Of a DNA stretch of 64,000 bases, positions 57,063 to 64,000 are shown piece after piece. The stretch spans positions 153,645-217,644 of the forward strand of contig JAIUPK010000001.1 of NCBI GenBank assembly GCA_020160915.1, in the 5' to 3' direction. The notes under the pieces are model-generated. The model was not told the DNA's origin and ran no database searches. It worked only from the letters and a program-made list of their open reading frames with translations. The number at the start of each line of letters is the position of its first letter. Position 1 is the first letter of the stretch. This stretch comes from Actinomycetota bacterium (GTDB taxonomy: Bacteria; Actinomycetota; Actinomycetes; Actinomycetales; Microbacteriaceae). The position numbers were made by a program, and so were the translations under genes.

Positions 57063-57161
57063 GCCACCAGCGTAGCCCGGTAACATTTCGTCCCCGTTCC
57101 GTGCGGCCGGTCAACCTGCGGCAAGATGGAAATCCCTTCACTGCAGCCAAGGAGAACGACC

Positions 57162-57998
57162 ATGTCCCGCACTCCCCGTTTCGCCCGCGTGGCCGCCGCC
57201 CTCGGTGCCGCCACCATCGCCCTCACCCTCGCCGCGTGCACTCCCGCCGCCGAGACCACGAGCGAGTACGTGACCGACGGCAAACTGACCATCGGCACCG
57301 GTCAGCCCGCCTACTACCCGTGGGTCATCGACGATGCGCCCGAGTCCGGTGAGGGCTTCGAGGCCGCCATCGCCTACGCGGTTGCCGACCAGCTCGGCTT
57401 CGCCAAGGAGGACGTCGTGTGGGTGCGCACCACCTTCGACGAGGCCATCGCTCCCGGCCCGAAGAACTTCGACTTCAACCTTCAGCAGTACTCCATCACC
57501 GACGAGCGCAAGCAGAACGTCGACTTCAGCTCGCCGTACTACGAGACGACTCAGGTCGTGATCACGACCGGTGCCTCCAAGGCCGCGGGCGCGAAGAGCA
57601 TCGCCGACCTCAAGGGACTCCTGATCGGCGCCGCGACCGGCACCACGAGCTTCGACGCCATCGAGCAGCTGATCGCTCCCACCAGCGGTGCCCAGGCGTT
57701 CAACTCGAACGACGATGCCAAGCTCGCGCTCGAGAGCGGCACCGTCGACGCGATCGTCGTCGACCTCCCCACCGCGTTCTACTTGACCGGAGTTGAACTC
57801 ACCGATGGCATCATCGTGGGCCAGCTCCCCCTCGCCGACGGCAAGAGCGGCGACGAGTTCGGTCTGGTGTTGGCCAAGGGCAGCCCGCTCACCGCCAAGG
57901 TCACGGCCGCCGTTGATGCCCTGCGCGACAACGGAACCCTCGCCGAGATCGCCGCGACCTGGCTTGCGGATGCCGCGAACGCACCCGTTCTGAAGTAG
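57162..57998 (+). CDS. Polar amino acid ABC substrate-binding lipoprotein
   Basis: Lipobox LAAC, GEGFE, SITDERKQ.VDFSSPYY, GTVDAIVVD. Confidence 0.92.
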   Translation: MSRTPRFARVAAALGAATIALTLAACTPAAETTSEYVTDGKLTIGTGQPAYYPWVIDDAPESGEGFEAAIAYAVADQLGFAKEDVVWVRTTFDEAIAPGPKNFDFNLQQYSITDERKQNVDFSSPYYETTQVVITTGASKAAGAKSIADLKGLLIGAATGTTSFDAIEQLIAPTSGAQAFNSNDDAKLALESGTVDAIVVDLPTAFYLTGVELTDGIIVGQLPLADGKSGDEFGLVLAKGSPLTAKVTAAVDALRDNGTLAEIAATWLADAANAPVLK

Positions 57999-58017
57999 TT
58001 CCAGTAGTTTCGTCAGG

Positions 58018-58893
58018 GTGACCACCCACGACGCAGACCGCGAGGCCCGGCAGCCGAGTTCAGTAGAACTCGATCGCCGGGCCTTCCGGCGTCGGCAGTC
58101 GCTGCGATCCGTGCTCATCAGCATCGCGAGCACCCTCGTGCTCGCCGTCGCCGCGTGGGTGTTCCTGATCAACACGCCCGGCTGGGCACAGGTGCAGCGC
58201 ACCTTCTTCGATCCCCAGGTCTTCGTGGCGGCCCTGCCCCGCGTGTGGGACGGTTTCCTCCTCAACCTGCGGGTGCTGTTCTTCGCCGTGATCGGCGTCT
58301 TCGTCGTCGCTGTGCTGATCGCGGTGATCCGCACCCTGCGCGGGCCGGTGTTCTTTCCGCTGCGGGCACTCGCTGCGGGCTACACCGACCTATTCCGCGG
58401 CATGCCGCTCATCATCGTGCTCTACCTCGTCGGGTACGGCATCCCCGGACTCCAGGGTGCCGATGGGGCACGGATCCCCGCCGCCGTGCTCGGCACGATC
58501 GCGCTGATCCTCACGTACTCCGCGTACGTGTCGGAGGTGTTCCGCGCGGGCATCGAGGCCGTGCATCCATCACAGCGGCTCGCCGCACGATCGCTCGGGC
58601 TCACGCACGCGCAGTCCCTTCGGCTGGTCATCCTCCCGCAGGCGGTGCGCAAGGTCACCCCCGCTCTCATGAACGACTTCATCGCGATGCAGAAGGATGT
58701 CGGCCTGATCTCGGTGCTCGGAGCCGTTGACGCGGTGCGCGCCGCGCAGATCGAGACCGCCAAGTTCTTCAATTTCACGCCCTACGTGCTCGCTGGCCTG
58801 TTGTTCGTGCTGCTGGCGCTGCCGATGATCCGGCTCACCGACTGGTACACCGCACGGCTCCGTGAGCGCGAGCAGGTTGGCGGCATCGTATGA
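58018..58893 (+). CDS. Amino acid ABC permease
   Basis: FRGMP, AYVSEVFRAGI, ILPQA, MQKD. Confidence 0.92.
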   Translation: MTTHDADREARQPSSVELDRRAFRRRQSLRSVLISIASTLVLAVAAWVFLINTPGWAQVQRTFFDPQVFVAALPRVWDGFLLNLRVLFFAVIGVFVVAVLIAVIRTLRGPVFFPLRALAAGYTDLFRGMPLIIVLYLVGYGIPGLQGADGARIPAAVLGTIALILTYSAYVSEVFRAGIEAVHPSQRLAARSLGLTHAQSLRLVILPQAVRKVTPALMNDFIAMQKDVGLISVLGAVDAVRAAQIETAKFFNFTPYVLAGLLFVLLALPMIRLTDWYTARLREREQVGGIV

Positions 58894-59633
58894 CGACCGA
58901 ACCGGTTCTGCGGCTTCAGAACATCCACAAGTCGTTCGGCTCCACCCAGGTGCTGCGCGGGGTCGACCTGACCGTGGACGCCCACGAGGTGGTCGCGCTG
59001 ATCGGAGCGAGCGGCTCCGGCAAGTCGACACTGCTGCGCACCATCAACCTGCTCGAGCGTGTCGACGACGGCCAGGTCTGGCTGCAGGGAGTGGACATCA
59101 GCGACCCCCGCACCGTGGTCGACCAGGTGCGGGCGCGCATCGGCGTCGTGTTCCAGCACTACAACCTGTTTCCGCACCTCACCGTGCTCGACAACGTGAC
59201 CCTCGCCTCACGCCGTGTGTTCAAACAGTCCCGGGATGCCGCCGAGGCTCACGGCCTCGAACTGCTCGAGCGCATCGGACTCGCGCCGCAGGCCCGCTCC
59301 TACCCCGACCGCCTGTCGGGTGGACAGCAGCAGCGCGCGGCGATCGCCCGAGCCGTGGCCACCAACCCCGAGCTGCTGCTGCTGGACGAGATCACGAGCG
59401 CCCTCGACCCCGAGCTGGTGACGGAGGTGCTCGACCTGGTGCGCGAGCTCAAGACAGAGGGAACAACGATCGTCATGGCCACCCACGAGATGGCATTCGC
59501 GCGAGATGTCGCCGACCGTGTGGTCTTCCTCGACAGCGGCGTGGTTGCCGAGCAGGGCGCACCTGCCCAGGTGTTCGGCGCTCCTCGCGAGGAGCGCACG
59601 AAGGCGTTCCTCTCCCGCTTCAACGCCGGCTGA
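58890..59633 (+). CDS. Amino acid ABC ATP-binding protein
   Basis: GASGSGKST, LSGGQQQR, LDEITSALDPE, ATHEM. Confidence 0.94.
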   Translation: MTTEPVLRLQNIHKSFGSTQVLRGVDLTVDAHEVVALIGASGSGKSTLLRTINLLERVDDGQVWLQGVDISDPRTVVDQVRARIGVVFQHYNLFPHLTVLDNVTLASRRVFKQSRDAAEAHGLELLERIGLAPQARSYPDRLSGGQQQRAAIARAVATNPELLLLDEITSALDPELVTEVLDLVRELKTEGTTIVMATHEMAFARDVADRVVFLDSGVVAEQGAPAQVFGAPREERTKAFLSRFNAG

Positions 59634-60432
59634 GCAGTTCGCCCACGGTCGCCGGCAGCGCCGCACAGAGGCCGAGAATCGTGAACGGGCCACCGCCGCC
59701 GGCCCGCTCGGAAGCGAGGCCGTGGATGACCGACGCGGTTGCCGCGAGACGGGCGAGCTCGTCGGGGTCGCCATGCACCGCATCCGAGTGGGTCGCTACG
59801 AGCGCCCCGAGGATGCCCCCGAGCGCGTCCCCGGCACCGGCGGTCGCCAGCCACGCGGGCGCCGAGCGCACTCGCAGCGAGACACCCGGGCCGGCAACGA
59901 ACGTCGTGTGACCCTTGAGCAGAACCGTCACGCCGAGGTCGTCGGCCGCGATCCGCGCCCAGCGCTCGGGGTCGGCCGCAATCGGCTCGACCTCGGCGCC
60001 CAGAACCCGGGCGAGCTCCCGGTAGTGCGGCGTGATGACCACCGGGCCTCCCACCCGGTCGTGGAGGTCGAGGGCACCCCCGTCGAGCACCGTCGGCAGT
60101 GCCTGTGCCAGGGCATCCGTCATCGATGCGACGTCGCGATCGACCGGGTCCATTCCCGAGCCCAGCAGCCAGGCCTGCACCCGCCCCGCCGAGGTGACGG
60201 CCTCGGGACGCCTCGCGAGCACCAGCTGCGCCGGAACCGAGGGTCCGAGGTAGCGCACCATGCCGACCCCGGTGTGCAGGGCGGCCTCGACGCCGAGCAC
60301 CGCAGCGCCCGGGTACTGCTGGGATCCGGTGATCACGCCGAGCACTCCGCGGCTGTACTTGTCATCGTGAGTCCCGGGCACCGCGATGCGGGTGGCCGCG
60401 TCATCCGCGGTCCAGTCGGTGAAGGAGCTCAT
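59620..60432 (-). CDS. nnrD: ADP-dependent NAD(P)H-hydrate dehydratase (YjeF C-terminal domain only)
   Basis: DKYSRG, YPGAA, VLDGGAL, ITPHYRE, LLKG, TAGAGDALGG. Confidence 0.88.
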   Translation of the reverse strand: MSSFTDWTADDAATRIAVPGTHDDKYSRGVLGVITGSQQYPGAAVLGVEAALHTGVGMVRYLGPSVPAQLVLARRPEAVTSAGRVQAWLLGSGMDPVDRDVASMTDALAQALPTVLDGGALDLHDRVGGPVVITPHYRELARVLGAEVEPIAADPERWARIAADDLGVTVLLKGHTTFVAGPGVSLRVRSAPAWLATAGAGDALGGILGALVATHSDAVHGDPDELARLAATASVIHGLASERAGGGGPFTILGLCAALPATVGELLSRR

Positions 60433-60456
60433 GGCTCCCACGATAGTTTGGATGGT

Positions 60457-61074
60457 GTGACCCTGAGCATTCGTGACCGCGTCGTCGTCTTCGATTACGG
60501 GGAGGTCATCTCGCTGTCGCCCTCCGACGAGGATCGGGCCGAGCTGCTCGCGATCTCAGGATGCGACGCCACTGCCTTCTGGGCGTCCTACTGGCGCCAC
60601 CGGGACGGCCTCGACCAGGGAACTGTGAGCATTCCCGACTACTGGGCCCTGGTGGCCGCCGACACCGGTTCGGTCTGGGACGCCCCGACGGTGCACGCAC
60701 TCTGGGTGGCCGACTTCCGCAGCTGGTGGAGCGTCGAACCCGGCACCCTTCGGCTGATCGAGGAGCTCCACGCCGGCGGAACCCGCCTGGCGATCCTCTC
60801 CAACGCCGGCTTCGACTTCGCCAGCGGGTTCCGGTTCTCCCCGATGGGAACCTACTTCGAGCGCGTCTTCGTCAGCGCCGAGATGGATGCGATCAAGCCC
60901 GATCCGGCCATCTACCTGGAGGTCGCCGACGAGCTGGGAATATCCCCGGCCGAGATGGTCTTCATTGACAACAAGTCCGTCAACACCGACGCGGCCGCCG
61001 CGCTCGGGATCACCACGCATCACTTCACGTCTGTGGCTGGCCTCGACGCCTTCCTGAGGAGCCTCGCCGCATGA
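60457..61074 (+). CDS. HAD family phosphatase
   Basis: VFDYGEV, ILSNA, IKPDP.IY, FIDN. Start placed at GTG 60457. Confidence 0.88.
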   Translation: MTLSIRDRVVVFDYGEVISLSPSDEDRAELLAISGCDATAFWASYWRHRDGLDQGTVSIPDYWALVAADTGSVWDAPTVHALWVADFRSWWSVEPGTLRLIEELHAGGTRLAILSNAGFDFASGFRFSPMGTYFERVFVSAEMDAIKPDPAIYLEVADELGISPAEMVFIDNKSVNTDAAAALGITTHHFTSVAGLDAFLRSLAA

Positions 61075-62159
61075 GTGCCTTGTTCACCCCGATGACACTG
61101 CGATCGGTCACCGCCCGCAACCGACTCTGGGTCGCCCCGATGTGCCAGTACTCGGTCGAGCTGGAGGACGGCGTGCCGACCACCTGGCATGCCACGCATC
61201 TCGGATCGTTCGCCGTGGGCGGCGCGGGCCTGGTCATGACCGAGGCGACCGCCGTGACTCCCGACGGGCGCATCTCCCCGCAGGACACCGGCATCTGGAA
61301 CGATGCCCAGCGCGACGCGTGGGCGCCGATCGCCGCGTTCATCCGCGCCCAGGGAGCGATCGCCGCCATCCAGCTGGCGCACGCCGGCCGCAAGGCATCG
61401 ACCTGGCGCCCCTGGTCCGGAGAGCACGGCACAGTTCCGGCGAGCGCCGGCGGCTGGCAGCCGGTAGCGCCGTCGGCCGTCGCCTTCGAGGGCTACGCAA
61501 CACCCCGCGAGCTGGATGCCTCCGAGCTCCCCGACATCGTCGCCGCCTTCGCCAGCGCGGCTCGACGGGCCATCGACGCCGGATTCGAACTCCTCGAAGT
61601 GCACGCGGCGCACGGGTACCTGCTGCACCAGTTCCTCTCGCCGCTGTCGAACCTTCGCGATGACGAGTACGGCGGCAGCCTCGAGAACCGCGCCCGCCTC
61701 GTGCTCGAAATCGTGCGGGCGGTGCGCGCCGAAGTCGGCGAGGATGTGCCGATCTTCGTGCGCTTCTCGGCCACCGACTGGACCGACGGTGGCTGGAACA
61801 AGGAGGACACCAAGACCGTCGCCCGCTGGGCGGTCGAGGCGGGCGCCGACCTGTTCGACATCTCCAGCGGCGGGCTCGTGAACGGCGTGACCATCCCCGT
61901 GGGCAAGGGCTACCAGGTGCCGCTCGCGGCACACGTGCACGAACCCGACCTGCCGGTCAGCGCGGTCGGCATGATCACCGAGGCGCAGCACGCCGAGGAG
62001 ATCGTCGCCACGGGTGAGGCCGACGCGGTCATGGTCGCTCGTGAGATGCTTCGCGACCCGCACTTCGCCCTGCGGGCCGCCGCCGAGCTCGGCGTCACCG
62101 TCGACTACGTTCCGAAGCAGTACCTGCGGGCACCGTACCCCGGGCCGAGCGCCAGCTAG
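61071..62159 (+). CDS. NADH:flavin oxidoreductase (OYE, YqjM/NamA-like)
   Basis: VAPMCQYS, IQLAHAGRKAS, HAAHGYLLHQFLSPLSN.R.DEYGG, RFSATDW. Confidence 0.93.
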   Translation: MSALFTPMTLRSVTARNRLWVAPMCQYSVELEDGVPTTWHATHLGSFAVGGAGLVMTEATAVTPDGRISPQDTGIWNDAQRDAWAPIAAFIRAQGAIAAIQLAHAGRKASTWRPWSGEHGTVPASAGGWQPVAPSAVAFEGYATPRELDASELPDIVAAFASAARRAIDAGFELLEVHAAHGYLLHQFLSPLSNLRDDEYGGSLENRARLVLEIVRAVRAEVGEDVPIFVRFSATDWTDGGWNKEDTKTVARWAVEAGADLFDISSGGLVNGVTIPVGKGYQVPLAAHVHEPDLPVSAVGMITEAQHAEEIVATGEADAVMVAREMLRDPHFALRAAAELGVTVDYVPKQYLRAPYPGPSAS

Positions 62160-62165
62160 CGAGGG

Positions 62166-63203
62166 CTAGCTCCTGCGGGTCGCGTCCTGCACTTCGCCGA
62201 CGAGTTCCTCGATGATGTCCTCGAGGAACAGCACGCCCTTCGTGGAGCCGCTCTCGTCGAACGCGCGGGCGACGTGCACTCCTGAGCGCCGCATCGTCGC
62301 GAGGGCGTCTTCGAGATCGGTGCCGCGGAAGATCGAGATGAGCTGCCGGATCCGCTTCGGCGGCACCGGCTCGGTGAACTCGTCGGCATCATCGAGGTCG
62401 ATGACGTCTTTGAGGTGCAGGTAGCCGGTGGGCTCGCCACCCTCATCCACGAGGATGTAGCGCGAGAACCCGCGTTGCGCCACGGCACGCTCCACATCCG
62501 CGGGCGTTGCGTCCTCGGGCAGGGTGACCAGCGCCGACATGCCGACCGCGACATCCTGAACCTTCTTGGAGGTGAACTCGAAGGCGGCGTTCAGGGTGCC
62601 GCCCGCGTCGGTGAGCACCCCTTCCCTGGTCGACTGGGCGACGATCGTGGCCACCTCATCGAGGGTGAAGATGCTGTTCGCCTCCGACTTCGGGGTAACC
62701 CGAAAGAGCCGAAGAATGCCATTGGCGATCGCGTTGAGCGCGACGATCAGCGGGTTGAAGATGCGGGCGACGAACACCAGAGGCGGAGCGAGGATGAGGG
62801 CCGCACGGTCGGGCAGCGAGAAGCTGATGTTCTTGGGCACCATCTCACCGAACACCACGTGGAGGAACGAGACCAGCACCAGCGCGATGATGAAGGCGAC
62901 GGTTCCGATCACCTCCTCCGACCACCCCGTGAGGGCCAGCGGTACCTCGAGCAGATGATGGATCGCGGGCTCAGACACGTTGAGGATCAGCAGCGAGCAG
63001 ACGGTGATGCCGAGCTGGCAGGCCGCGAGCATGAGCGTGGCGTGCTCCATCGCCCACAGTGCCGTCTTCGCCGCACGTGACCCGGCCTCGGCCAGCGGTT
63101 CGATCTGCGAGCGCCGCGCCGAGATCACGGCGAACTCAGCGCCGACGAAGAAGGCGTTGATCAACAGGAGCACGCCCAGCCAGGCGATTCCCCACCAGTC
63201 CAT
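62166..63203 (-). CDS. Hemolysin family CNNM/CBS protein
   Basis: NAFFVGAEFA, QLGIT, FGEMVPK, CBS pair, LEDIIEELVGEV. Confidence 0.92.
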   Translation of the reverse strand: MDWWGIAWLGVLLLINAFFVGAEFAVISARRSQIEPLAEAGSRAAKTALWAMEHATLMLAACQLGITVCSLLILNVSEPAIHHLLEVPLALTGWSEEVIGTVAFIIALVLVSFLHVVFGEMVPKNISFSLPDRAALILAPPLVFVARIFNPLIVALNAIANGILRLFRVTPKSEANSIFTLDEVATIVAQSTREGVLTDAGGTLNAAFEFTSKKVQDVAVGMSALVTLPEDATPADVERAVAQRGFSRYILVDEGGEPTGYLHLKDVIDLDDADEFTEPVPPKRIRQLISIFRGTDLEDALATMRRSGVHVARAFDESGSTKGVLFLEDIIEELVGEVQDATRRS

Positions 63204-64000
63204 CAGGCGTCACCTTCCGCAGGTTCGCGGCGCGGTGTGTACCGCACGCGGTCGATGCGTCGACCCTCGAGCCGTTCGATGCGGAACACACCGCGATCGA
63301 TCTCCACGGTGTCGCCGACCTTCGGTAGTCGACCGAGCTCGCTCATCAGCCAGCCGGCGACCGTCTCGTAGGGGCCCTCCTCGGGTACCACGACGTCGGT
63401 GCGCTCGAGCAGTTCATCGGGGCGCAGGATGCCGGGAAAGGTGAACCAGTCGCGTGAGCGCACGACATCGGCCTTGGTGCGGTCGTGCTCGTCGCTGACC
63501 TCACCGACGAGCTCCTCGACGAGATCCTCGAGGGTGGTGACCCCGGCGGTGCCCCCATACTCGTCAACGACGACCGCCATCTGGTAACCCCGGCCGCGGA
63601 GCTCGGCGAGCAGCGAATCGAGCTTCATCGTCTCGGGCACGCGCAGGGCATCCGACTGCAGGGCTGAGACGGGAACGTCAGCGCGCTTCTCCCGAGGCAC
63701 GGCGACGGCCTGCTTGATGTGCACGATTCCGACGACGTCGTCGATGCCGTCGTCGATGACGGGAAAGCGCGAGAAGCCCGTGCGGCGGGCCAGCTCGATG
63801 ACATCCTGTGCCGTGTCGGTGCGCTCGACGCTGGCGACCCGGGGGCGGGGCGTCATCACATCCTGTGCGGTGTGGTCGGCGAAGGCGAGCGTGCGGGCGA
63901 GCAGTGTCGCGGTGTCGCGATCGAGGCTGCCCTCGCGGGCAGAGCGACGCACGAGCGAGGTGAGTTCCTCCGCCGTGCGCGCGCCCGACAGTTCCTCCTT
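63203..64000 (-). CDS. Hemolysin family CBS/CorC protein (5' end outside the window)
   Basis: [34 protein letters not shown], CorC_HlyC tail; frame stays open to the window edge. Confidence 0.9.
   Translation of the reverse strand, partial: KEELSGARTAEELTSLVRRSAREGSLDRDTATLLARTLAFADHTAQDVMTPRPRVASVERTDTAQDVIELARRTGFSRFPVIDDGIDDVVGIVHIKQAVAVPREKRADVPVSALQSDALRVPETMKLDSLLAELRGRGYQMAVVVDEYGGTAGVTTLEDLVEELVGEVSDEHDRTKADVVRSRDWFTFPGILRPDELLERTDVVVPEEGPYETVAGWLMSELGRLPKVGDTVEIDRGVFRIERLEGRRIDRVRYTPRREPAEGDA

Overview
High-GC (about 69-70% by eye) actinobacterial chromosome, most consistent with Microbacteriaceae. It is densely packed with mostly housekeeping genes: argS-lmeA-like-lysA-hom, tRNA-Arg(CCG), glycerate kinase, a RamB/ScfR-type regulator divergent from pckG, an ECF sigma module, TPM-domain + PspA, oxidoreductases, mshA, several ABC/MFS/SMR transporters with local regulators, ung, metY-metX, a two-component locus, a GT87 glycosyltransferase, nnrD, an OYE and a CNNM/hemolysin pair. 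I found no transposase, integrase, prophage, CRISPR or rRNA. Items needing a second look: (1) the tRNA-Arg 3' end is triplicated, forming integrase-less islets, one carrying a lower-GC orphan Tdi1/DUF1851-like gene; (2) the 9-mer GCGGCATCC occurs at least 23 times in both coding orientations; (3) mshA has an in-frame amber codon at the Trp of HSHYWLSG; (4) a REP-like 22-mer sits in frame inside lysA; (5) a kinase + probable pseudokinase + response regulator lies next to a divergent multi-hairpin candidate sRNA; (6) a lower-GC ABC/kinase/GH4 sugar cassette. Counts and alignments were done by hand; no database searches were run.
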